In this document: positions 52,769-64,000 of the stretch, piece by piece
How the letters are laid out: each line of letters begins with the position of its first letter
Position numbering within the stretch: position 1 is the stretch's first letter
The notes under the pieces: model-generated
What the model was told of the DNA's origin: nothing
What the model saw: the letters and a program-made list of their open reading frames with translations, nothing else
Databases searched by the model: none
Assembly: GCF_006345805.1 (NCBI RefSeq)
Contig: NC_042997.1
Span: 149,668,001 to 149,732,000, forward strand
Direction: 5' to 3'
DNA: 64,000 nt
From: Octopus sinensis
Taxonomy: Eukaryota
Translations under genes and position numbers: made by a program

Positions 52769-53431
52769 TTGGGTCATCTCATAAATAATGCGGTTTTTTT
52801 CAGTTGCATGTACTAAAAGTCGGAGGAGAACATGATATTCTACCTGCATCAACTTGCTATATAAGCAGGTAGTAATTTTACATTGTCCTTATTCTCAGTG
52901 CAACTTTTGAATAGTGCAGTTCGCTTTTAACAGTTAGTTTTTCTCAAACTTAAAATAGAAGTGGCCAAGGTGCATATTGGGCATATTTAGATTTATGAGT
53001 TCAATAAAGGCAACAATGGAAGGAGGATCGGACAATAAGCGTCAGCCAGTGTTAACGGTGCTTCCAGAAATTCGGAGCTGGAATCTAAAGCCTAGAAGAC
53101 GAACCTCATCCTGGAAGTTCTGTAGGAGAGTTCTGCAAACCTTGGTAGAGTAAATTCCGATCGTAACTGTTGAAGAACTAGCAGTCTTCAAAATAATTTC
53201 GACGGAAAAATTATGAATTCTGTAGACGAGGTCAGGACAATAATGGTGGAGTATTTTTAGTCACGGACAGGTGAATTTTGGAAGAGGGGTCTTGCAAGTC
53301 TATAATATAGACGGTCGAGCATTGTAGAAAATGAATGCGAGTATATTTTAGATTAAAAAAGAACTTTGTTTATCTTAATCTTGAAAATTAAAAGAAGTAT
53401 AAAAAACCGCATTATTTATGAGATGACCCGA
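52769..53431 (+). mobile_element. Non-autonomous mariner deletion derivative (family B)
   Basis: TIRs ttgggtcatctcataaataatgcgg and ccgcattatttatgagatgacccg; transposase N-terminal (YEFNKGNN) and C-terminal (EFWKRGL...SIVENECEYILD) pieces. Confidence 0.85.
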
Positions 53432-53538
53432 GATGAGTGTATGTATGTCATATATAATATACCATACGCATATAAATATATACGTATGATTTATATATTA
53501 GTGTATGCACACTCACACAACACACACATGTATGTACG

Positions 53539-53587
<49 letters not shown>

Positions 53588-54035
53588 ATGTATGTTTAAG
53601 ATTATTCTAATACTGAACAGACGTTTACAATTTTGTAGTCTCCCAACCAAATTGTAATTGAACCGTTCATACTGTTTAATGAGATCTTCTCGACAAAAAA
53701 AGAGAAAAATGAATTGAAGTATGAAAGTTTAATTGACCTTTTGCCCAATCATAATGCTAGTAATCATTACCATCTCTGCACTAATGACAGTAACATGCAT
53801 CACTGAAATCTCAGTTAATATATTCCCTCCATTCGTCTTTTAGCCTAAGTTATATAGTGAGTTTGCTTCCTATAATAACGAGACGTGCATTTAAAGTATA
53901 TTAATGGCTCTAATTTACATTGGCTTATATAATTATCTTTCTGATTTTAGAGAATCATATGACGCTGTTAGCACGATGTGTAGGAGATAAGTATATGTTA
54001 GTGTATTTAATGCATGAGAAAACCACAAAACAAGA

Positions 54036-54073
<38 letters not shown>

Positions 54074-54599
54074 TAATAATAATAATAATGATATAGATGA
54101 TAACTGATGAAAAATAAAATATTTGTGAGCAAATATATTATTTCCGTTCATGATTGATACTTTTTCTATTTGTATTCTACAAGTGCTGGAGATAACTTTA
54201 AACAAGTCTCTTTCTTAATTATCCGTTTTCAATACAGTGCTGTATACTTTCGTTTATAGTGTTAAGTATGCCAAGCAAAGTAAAATCACGAATCGAGTTC
54301 TTACATAATTGCTCTTAAACTAAACCAAACACTAATAATTGACAAATATGCTTTTATATCGTATATCTACGCATTCGCACTGAGTTCCACTCATATGTGC
54401 ACATGCAAACCTACATAAATATATACATATACACACGCACACATACATACAAACATACATGCATGCATGTATGCATACATAAATACATACGTACATACAA
54501 TCACACATACATAAATACGTATGTACGTACGTACATACATACATATATACATACATGCATACGTACTTACGCACATACATATGAAAGGATCCTTGGCCT

Positions 54600-55900
54600 G
54601 GTTACGGCTTTCCCAAAGCATGTAGAGTTGGAATTTGTTCTGGATAAATGTTTCTACATGGTTGTGAAAAGAGGGATACCTGTACAGCAGATTGCAGCAT
54701 CATTATCAATGACTTAACTGTTTCTCCTATATTTGTTGAGGAATGTTATAGCTACCTAAGGGTAGATGAAAACCTATCTTACGATGGTACTTGTTAAAAG
54801 GCACGTGTCACTAAGGAATATACCAAACGGATAATGAAAATATCCATCTCAGAAGTCTCTGCATTCAATAAAACAGTAACCCGTAATGTATTTGCAGTAT
54901 CAGTAATCATGCCAACATGCGGGCCACTTTATTGTGCGCCTGATGAAATCTGTGCCATTGAAAGAAAACATGGAAGATACTGACTAGCTTACATAACTTT
55001 CACATCGACAGTGACGTAGGCCGCTTCTACCTAAAACCGTCTCTACCTAAATCATGGAGGCAGAGACTTAACATCAAGCCAGACTGTCTTCGAATGTCAA
55101 CATCGACACACACGAGGCAGATAACACCATGAGACTAGGAAAGCCATTCCTCGAGCAACAATCGTAGTTTGATAACATACCCAAGGACGTCTAGTGCAAC
55201 GTTCCATCAGATGAAAGGATGAGCGTATATCAGCAGAAGACTATGTATGCAATGTTAGCTGAAAGTTCGGGGACGATAGTAACATTGGTTCTCAAAGCAG
55301 TCTGTCATAGACCATGAAACGGATAACCAATACTCACTTTCAGGAGCAGGCGTTTGGAATCCAGGAACAGGTAATATCAACCAAATACTTGACGCACAAA
55401 GGTGAGAGAGGGAAAGAGAGATGCAGGAAAATACCAAAATGCGATAACTGATTAAGACTTTGTGGAGTTAACCTCGAAGATATCACACATCATCAAAAGC
55501 AGTTGTCGGAAATTGTTATAAATGTATAATGTACCGATGATATATGATAAGGGCTCTGTGGGAAGGATAACCCTGAGGTCAAAGAAATAATAACCCCCAG
55601 TATGGTAGAAGCCATAGCCACTCCTATTAAGAAGGAGTACTAGTGGAGTGTTGCAGTGAAAACCTTAATACAATGTAAACATAATAGGTTCTGAGATAGG
55701 GATTTGGGTCAAGGATAAGAAACAGCATACAGTAGTGGATATCAGCTGTCTTGCGAGTGTTAGCATCAAACTAAAGATGGACGTTAAAGAAAACAGCTAC
55801 GCGGAACTATTGAGAAATTCACAGTTACTCTACCTGGATTATAAGTTCAGGCTGATAACTATAATTAATGAGACACCAATCTTGAGAAATTAGGCTTCTC
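54600..55900 (+). mobile_element. Decayed R4/Dong-clade LINE fragment, distinct subfamily
   Basis: LEFVLDKCFYMVVKRG; KEYTKRIMKI..SEVSAFNKTVTRNVFAV; AFGIQEQVISTKYL; EDITHII; VVDISC...KENSYAELLRN. Confidence 0.78.
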
Positions 55901-56709
55901 AAACCAGAAAGGAGAAAGCTTATTCGGAAACTATAGATCCATGCCATCACTGTAAAATTGTCCAGAAGTTTACCATTTAAGTATATATGCGTATTTCTAG
56001 ACATGCAACTATATACATGAGAATACATACATAAAACAAATCATTCAATTCTGCACATTTATACGTACAATCTTTCAAAAATACCCTGCTCATATTCCAG
56101 AAATTGCAATGAATGAGCGTTGTATCTGAGATAGAAATTGGCTCTTTATCGATAGGAAATCTTGAAATAAAATCTTGAAATAAAATTGAATAATGACATA
56201 CATAGTTATACAGTGATTATCTCATCTTCCCAGATGATTGCTGTCCTTTTGCGCTTTCTCGCTGTGAATAACCTTTCTGACCTTTCGTTCACGCTCCCTC
56301 CGAAGACTATACAGTTCCTATGCAGATATGCGGAATCTGAGTCATAGATGATAGACGAAAGTTGTAATTTACTGTGCGCTTCTAATTGGATAGTTTTCCA
56401 CACATCACTAATTCTTCCTTAGCATAGGACTTCCAGTAGTTATAGGACTTTCAGGAACAGGCTTTCAAGAATTCTAAAAGATTCACCATAACAATACAAT
56501 TGTAAGTAATTGGATAATAGTGATAAAAGTTTCTCCAGCATGAGCACCACTCTCTGAATCTCCATCATTAGTATCTAGTGACAGACCGATGCGAGCTGAT
56601 AGATAATCACGGGTAACCACAAGTTGTTCATCAGTGTCTTAAACTTAGAACGATAATGTTACAACAGCTAGGATTCGTTCACTTCTTGTAAAAATATAAA
56701 GTTAAATTT

Positions 56710-56946
56710 CTCGAGTCGTGCTGACTCACAAGGGCTGGTTTTCTGGTTTCATTGCGTATATATTCCGTACCTGGATAGAACGCGAGTCTGTCGGAGGAAT
56801 ACTCAGTTTTGCCAGCCAGCTAAGGGGACTAGAGCAACGTGAAATGAAATGTTTTGCTCAAGAAAAAAAACTTTTCGCCCGGAATCGAAACCACAATCTT
56901 ACAATCATGAGTCTAATATCCTAACCAGTAATCAACGCGTTTCCAC
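56710..56946 (-). mobile_element. SINE family V
   Basis: Homologous to 14040-14277 (gagcaacgtgaaatgaa...ggaatcgaaaccacaatcttac). Confidence 0.78.
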
Positions 56947-57222
56947 TTACTCCAGATAATATTACTACGCTTCCCAACAGTGACCAAGTGTACATAGGCG
57001 TACATACATACAATCCATACATGAATATATTTTCCTTGGAATATTGAAATCTGTTAAGTATAAATCAAATGCACAATCAGTTGTATCATTAGTAGCAACC
57101 ATTTTGTAAATGAAGCTGCTAAGTAAGTTCAATATGGTCGTATATAAAAGCTAGATGAATAAAATTAAGTTACAATATTTTGTCTCGAAATTATTCTCTA
57201 TAACAGTGACAAGATATATTTA

Positions 57223-59203
57223 TAGGGTCATCCTATAAATAATGGGGTTTCTTCAATTTCATTAACGAAAATGGAGGGGGACATGATAAACTACCTGCAT
57301 CAACTTGTTATAAAAGCAGGTAGTAATTTTACCTTGTCTTTATTCTCACCACAAGTTTGGTTTGTGAGGATTGTTTTGTGCCGAGGAGTGTCTTGTGCTG
57401 CTTTGCAGCAGCTTTTTGGGTGCGGCGCCATCTTTATTTTGTGGTCTGTGACGGATGAGCGAAATGAAGAACTATGCGGCAGCAACGGGAAGTCAGGGTA
57501 CTGTCGTCCCGGGTGTGCTGAAACAGAATGAACTGCATAGAAATTTAGACCTACTCCGGAAATATCAATATATGGTAAAGATGGAGGGGTCAAACACAAA
57601 GTTGACACCACCAGAGGAAGACAAGATGAAGATGGAAAGCAAAGTGATAATTTATAGTACTTTTTCAAAAAATAGTAGAAGCTCGAGAATGCAATGCAGG
57701 AGGTGAACGAATGTCTGGAAAAATTAAAGGAAAACATAACGTTTTATACCAGAGGTAAAAAAATGCGCTACAGTGGCGGTTACCTTTGTCGTAGAATTGG
57801 AGACAAAAAACACTCGACTAAGTTGCTACATGGGGAAAAATTGACACTCCTGTACACTTACCTGGGTAAACGAGTTACCAGAATTAGGGTGGGCAGGATC
57901 CCAACTAGAATCGATCCAGAATGGATAATAGCGGCAATTTTCACCGCAAGAGAGGGAGGAGACAACGAGGAGGTGAAATTAGTAATGCTAAACCGGAACC
58001 AACAAGTAAATTGCTGGGGTCCGGTGTAGAGATAATTTTTATGGTGAATCAATAAGAGTACGAATATTTACCAGAAATATTGGAGCTGCCCAATGAAGAC
58101 AAACTAGATGTAATGTTAGAAGGGAGACCTCCGACGTGTCTGGAGTGTGGATAGAAGGGGCACATTAGCAATAGGTGTCCACAAAAAAGACAAAAAATCA
58201 ATGGAAACCACAGAAATAGAAACACAAGAAGGCGTAATGGAAGTGGAGAGGAGGACCCAGGAAGTGGAACAGAACACAGAGTTTATGGAGACCAAAACAA
58301 AGAAGAGAGAGAGGAGGAGTTCCCCACCTAAAACGAAGCAACAACAGAAGTAGCATAAAGTACAAGAGGAAGTGCACCAACGAACAACGACAAGTGGAAG
58401 CAGTACGCCCTTGGGATCACCAAAGAAAAATGCACAAGCAGAACAGCAACACCAAGCAAACATATATACTTACAATCACCCAAACACACAAACTCATTGT
58501 AAAGTTTCATTTCATTCATTTTTCATGTGTTAATTGTCCCCGCGTGTATGTTTGTCCCCTCTATGTCGGCCCCTTGTGAGTAATAAAATCCTCTTATTCT
58601 TAGTGCAAGTTTTGAAGAATGAAGTTCGATTTTAACAGTATTTTTCAAAGTTATAATGTCGTTACTTAAGGAAACTCGGTAGTATTCGGTATATTTTGCT
58701 TTATGAGTTCAATAAAGGCAACAACGCAAAGGAAAGTGCGAGGAATATTAATGCAGTAGATGGGGATCGGACAATAAGCATAAGCCATTGTCAACTGTGG
58801 GTCCAGAAATTCAGAACCGGAAACTACATCCTAGAAGATGATCCACGTCCTGGAACATCTGTAGATCTCCACGAGTACGTCCTACAAACCTTGGTAGGAC
58901 AAAATTTCATCGTAACTGATGAGGAACGAGCAGAGAAGCTTGGATTTGATCATTCAACCATTCATTGACACCAGGCGAATAAAAACGAACATCTTTAATT
59001 TCAGGACAAATGGTGTCCTTTCATCAAAATAATGCTTCGCCACATACAACGAGGATAACATTCCAAAGTCTACAAGATACATGAAAGAGCATTGTAGAAA
59101 AGGAAGAAGAGTACATTTTGGATTAAAAAAGAACTTTGTTTATCTTAATTTTGAAAAAAGAGAATTATGAAAGAAAAAACGCGTTGTTTAAAGGATGACG
59201 CAA
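57223..59203 (+). mobile_element. Mariner family B copy split by an ORF1-only retroelement
   Basis: TIRs tagggtcatcctataaataat and ttgtttaaaggatgacgcaa; ORF 58696-58968 LYEFNKGNNAKESARNINAV..DRTISISHCQLWVQKF; colinear with 52769-53431 once the insert is removed. Confidence 0.85.
57349..58591 (+). pseudogene. ORF1-only Tx1-related element no. 2, complete with 5' UTR, 3' tail and TSD
   Basis: KLTPPEEDK...ECLEKL...TYLGKRVTRIRVGRIP...EGRPPTCLECG*KGHISNRC; tail tttgtcccctctatgtcggccccttgtgagtaataaaat; TSD-like tctttattctca / tcttattctta. Confidence 0.85.
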
Positions 59204-59978
59204 TATTTCAAAAGACATCCAAAGAATGATCTAAAGTGATTGACTTCACGTTAATCATCATCAGATATAGGCTTATAAGTATAGTTATACATCACAAGGC
59301 GTCTTCTCGTGATTCACTCCGAGTATGTTAAGTAAGACATTACATGGATCTCGTCTCAAATCGGCCGGCTATCTGGATTGAGCTCATAATAATGGTATTG
59401 TGTTTCCGATGTTGAAATCCACACTGAAAGTTTACCGATGTCAGATGAGAGAGGATGAAATTGCAGAAAAGTCATTAACAGAAGAGTAGAAGAACTCTGA
59501 AACCCTTCAAGAACATTTCAAGAATTTCCAAATTATTGGGAGTTATATCTCAACATTGAAATGAAATATTGTATTTGAAAAGGCCGTTTTAGATAGATAT
59601 AATATTATCCAAGAATTTCATCCAACAATTAATCTTTCTCAAGTTACATATATTCAACATATCTCTCTCAACTACACACAACAGTACACATACAGTTATA
59701 ATAATGTATAGATGGACACACAAAGTGAAAATGTATTCAATACTGGATGCAGAATGAAAATTAAGTGCATAAACGGTAACAGTTGATATGGTTTTAGGAC
59801 TTCTCCTTAGACATAGATTCGTTTCCCGAAATCTCAGAAATAATATCAGTTTTCGGAAGATACGAAAACTGAAAGAATTGTTGAATATCATACTTCAAAA
59901 ATTTTTATTCAGCGTAATGATTTATATTCTGTAACACACACAGACACGCATATAACTGCCTCTCACTGAATGTTTCCT

Positions 59979-59984
<6 letters not shown>

Positions 59985-60062
<78 letters not shown>

Positions 60063-60075
60063 TGCGTGCGTGAGT
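59985..60075. repeat. (TA)n(TG)n microsatellite
   Basis: Directly visible. Confidence 0.95.
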
Positions 60076-61029
60076 GTGTGTATAGATATAATATATATAT
60101 GTGTGTGTGTGTTTTTGTGTTGAAATACGTACATGTACAATCATATATAAATGCACACACTCGCATACACACATATTTTCGCACCGCAAAACACCTACAA
60201 TGTATTCCCACCTACACATCTCACTACGGACCAGGCTAATTTCTCGAAAGTTCACAGGTTGCAACAACGGTCGAGTACTTTGATTGTTTGATCAGCAATG
60301 TATCTCATACTAATTGAACACAAACCCAACGAACACCGGAAAATATAATTCATTTTCTTCATATAGTTTTATTTGTGTAGAGTTCATCTCAATCTTTTTC
60401 TTCAAACAGTGATCTTGTATCATGAAAATAAATGGAAAGGTTATAAGATATTCGTAATACGTCTAAAAATGTCTGTGCTTTTATGCGTTTGTGTATGTAG
60501 GTATGAGTACACTTCAACGTATTCTTAAACTTATGACCTTTCACACTAGATAGAATTTGGTTCAAAAAGAAGTAAAAGACAAACTCAGACCTGAAACTCT
60601 AGTGTCATTAATACCAGGAAACGATGTCATAACATCATTCTAATAACTTTTGTTTATCAGAGATATCAGATTTAACGGAGGCTGACCGGAAATTAAAACT
60701 ACCGCGATACACTAAAGTACATTCATACACATGTAAATATACCTCGATCAATATTTATATATGTGTGTGGTTAAGGGTGTGAGAAGGGGAAACAAACAAT
60801 ATCTATATGCACACACATATACACTCAAATATATGTATTTGATTAATTTATATCTGTATCTATCACTCTATCACCACACCCACGCACACACACGCACACA
60901 TGATTATATACATGAATGCATCTATATATGTATGTTTATACTTGTGAGTGTATATGTGTGTGTGTGCTTGCGTGTGAGTGAATTGTCATGCCGTTATATA
61001 CACATTTTGATATTAAATTGAAGAATTGT

Positions 61030-61322
61030 ACCAAGATGTTATTTGGATTTCATCCCTTCAAGGGTCTATAAGATTCAAAGATGTACCAGTTGACAGCTGC
61101 GATTGATGTAATCAACTACTCGGCGTCCCGAAATTACAGGCCTTGGGTAAAATATTTCAAACCAATCTTGATATCAACTTTTGGCACAAGAGCAACAATA
61201 TCGTGGGTGGAGATACGTCGAAAGCATAAGAAGCAAAGTCAACGTCGGTGGAATTTGAACTTAGAACGTAAAAACAGACGAAATGTCCGGTGTCCTAGCG
61301 ATTTTGCCCGCTCGCCGTTTTA
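61030..61322. mobile_element. Two old family M tail-A remnants, tail-to-tail (plus ~61030-61170, minus ~61175-61322)
   Basis: gatgtaatcaact...gaaattacaggccttggg on plus; gcaaagtcaacgtcggtggaatttgaact marks the minus copy. Confidence 0.6.
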
Positions 61323-61368
61323 GTTTGTGATGTATCTCGCATTATGACGACGCATACCTCGCTGACGG

Positions 61369-63560
61369 TTTTTCATTTTATTGGCCACTGTGGGCCCTAC
61401 ACAGAAGGGACGAAGAAGGACAGACAAAACAGCACAAGTAGGGACACAAAATATTAACGAATGAATGAAATTGATTTATATAATGGATGAAGTTGCAATG
61501 GCTACTCGAACCCCACCTACAAGCAGTACCATTTTAACTATATTTATCTCTCTTTTTTTATACCAAAGTTTGTCAAATTAATTTATCTTAATATATAAGA
61601 TATGGTCTCAATTGTTCAAATTCTATCACAGGTCGCAGATGATCATATCTTACATCCCGCCCTAGTGGGTTCACATCATCGCCAAAGTTTGCTTTTCATT
61701 TACTGTAATATTTAAATGTCTATTGTGGAGGCGCAATGGCCCAGTGGTTAAGGCAGCGGACTCGCGGTCGTAGGATCGCGGTTTCGATTCCCAGACCGGG
61801 CGCTGTGAGTGTTTATTGAGCGAAAGCACCTAAAGCTCCCCCAGGCTCCGGCAGGGGACGGTGGTGATCCCTGCTTTCACCACAACTTTCTCTCACTCTT
61901 ACTTCCTGTTTCTGTTGTACCTGTATTTCAAAGGGCCGGCCTTGTCACTCTCTGTGTCACGCTGAATATCCCCGAGAACTACGTTAAGGGTACACGTGTC
62001 TGTGGAATGCTCAGCCACTTACACGTTAATTTCACGAGCAGGCTGTTCCGTTGATCGGATCAACTGGAAACCTCGTCGTCGTAACCGACGGAGTGCTTCC
62101 ATCCATCCAAATGTCTATTAATATACACTCCATACCTGGTACGCATATATTTTCCTCCTCTACAATTCTTAACACCGACTTCATTTTTGCAATTTTTTCG
62201 TCAATTGACTGGCTCGGGCAATTGTTCGTTTGATACGCCCTATGTTTATAATTGGTGTGACTGCTTGTGTGTATTCATCTGGAGAATCTGTACTGTCTGT
62301 GTTTACTTGTGTATACCTACCTGAAGATTCTAGGCTGTCTGTGCGTGCTAGTGCATATTTAACTGGGGTTTCTTGGCTGTCTGAGATATTCTTGCGTGTT
62401 TGCCGTAATGTGATACGCTGTGTTGGCGTTTGTATATTACTTACTTCCTTTTTTTCTTCTTTTTTAAGTTCTTCGGGTGGTGGGGAGTTTTTAATGTCCT
62501 CGCACTTCCTATTCTATATTTCTTGGACTCTTTCATCTCTGCTTTCTACATTTGCTTCTGTATTTTGCTTTGATTTCCCGTTTCTGTTATTTTCTTCTTG
62601 TATCTCCTCTACTAATATTTGGCTGTTAAGAAGGGAACAATTCGTCTTAATGTGGCCCTTCTTTCTGCAGTAGCACCAGGTAGGATGCCTTCCCTCCACC
62701 ACCACCTGCAGCTTCACATCTTCTGGTAACTGTATCTCTTCGGAAATTTCCTGTAGGTCCAATCAAGTGGCCTGGATTATTATTTCCAGGCCATATCCAA
62801 ACAGATCAGTTGTTTGATGCGGCTTACCTGCAGCACTTCTGGGGCTTCCTTTGTTTCTATTAAGATTGCTGCAAGCAGCCACATCCCATTAATCTCAGGG
62901 AGCACCCTACCAATCCTCACTCTCACTACTCTTTTCTCGAGATATGTTGGCAGGAGTGCCCATTTTTCTGTTTTCAATGTTACAGTGGAGTACTTTACTG
63001 ACTCCTCCTCAGTGGGGAACGCACCTCCACAGTATCATACTTTCTTCCTCTGCAGTAATATTCAATTTTACTTATTATATCCTCCAAGCACTCTTCTATC
63101 GTTTCCTCGCTAGCCATTTTTATCTTCTTGCTTGTTAGTGATAGGTTTCTATAAACCACCATTTTCTCCATTTTATTTCTTATTATATCTTCGGAAAGGG
63201 TTAATTTTAATCTTTACCTCTCTCTTTGGATTAACTTCTGACTGCTTCTTACTATTTCAAAGTCGACATATATTTCCTTGACTTCCAGTTGTCTCACAGA
63301 AGCTGTTACACTCTCTGGACCTGCTACTGAAGCGTAGCTCCCGACACGTGTTTCCTTTTCTTCCGTTGCTCACTGAAATTTTCACCCCCACTGGTGGAGA
63401 GAACAAACAGCAGCAAACAATATAACAATCAATCAACACAGTTTTAACAATTCCAACAACAGGCAACCCTGCTAGAGTAGACTTTAAACAAAGGACCTTA
63501 AACAAAGGACAACTTTCTTTCCGAGATCGCATTGCGCGGCGACTGATTCTGCTTCCTGTG
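61369..63560 (-). pseudogene. ORF1-only Tx1-related element no. 3, interrupted by a SINE
   Basis: KLTLSED...VVYRN...EECLEDI...YCRGRKYDTVEV...LLPTYLEKRVVRVRIGRV...VVVEGRHPTWCYCRKKGHIKTNC; 3' tail at 61369-61429; no EN/RT; 5' end approximate. Confidence 0.82.
61725..62108 (+). mobile_element. Full-length SINE family R with 11-bp TSD, inside element no. 3
   Basis: aaatgtctatt at 61714-61724 and 62109-62119; short (CCAT)n tail. Confidence 0.92.
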
Positions 63561-64000
63561 TCCGTTCACGATTTATCAGGTGTCCGCCACAGAAATTTGA
63601 AACCAATATTACGTTGAAGAACTACCCAATATATTTTAGTAAGGTACATGTATATAGAACATTTATTTCGATAAGTTTCATTGTGACTTTGACCTTTCGA
63701 TTAGTTCGTCTTCGTCAGTCTGTCTAACACCCCACACACAGACTCGTGTCCGCGCACATGCGCTCACCCACTCAAATACATAGATGTGTGTGCGCTGCGC
63801 GCGTGTGTGTATTTACGTACGCACACGCCATAACAGGAATTGCTTGCGAGAAAAAAGGGAAATCCAATTCAAAATCGACTGAAATATGTAATGTATGTAG
63901 TACCAAAGACGGGGGAGACGCAACACGTACGTATATACATATATATTTTTATTTTTCCGGATAGTCACATGACTGGTCTTCGAAATTGTTGTAGGCTCCC

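Noticed and set aside
61335-61368. Possible TSD for ORF1-only element no. 3 (tcgcatt...cgac vs ~63527-63545)
   Set aside because: The match is short, gapped and not adjacent to both termini.

Overview
AT-rich, microsatellite-dense animal DNA. The tRNA-derived SINE families and the repeat landscape point to an octopod cephalopod (inference, from recall). I found no convincing host protein-coding gene; nearly all listed ORFs are microsatellite read-through or decayed transposon ORFs. The window holds: (i) Tx1/L1-clade material: one element with ORF1, APE endonuclease and the start of RT (16.2-19.3 kb), an ORF2 C-terminal fragment, and three diverged elements that carry only the homologous gag-like ORF1 (32.4-34.0, 57.3-58.6, 61.4-63.6 kb); (ii) R4/Dong-clade RLE retrotransposons, including a near full-length copy in a (TAA)n tract; (iii) RTE remnants and Penelope-like fragments with hammerhead-like motifs, including an ~800 bp foldback; (iv) mariner/Tc1 elements and a GG-terminal MITE with 8-bp TSDs; (v) four SINE families. 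The most interesting signal is one ~60-nt 3' tail (TTTGTCWGTCCTTGTTYGTCCCYTCT...GCCC...GTG...AATAAA). It is shared by the Tx1-like LINE, two of the ORF1-only elements and the commonest SINE, suggesting a three-tier LINE / ORF1-only / SINE parasite system. All clade names rest on motif recognition by eye; no database search was run.
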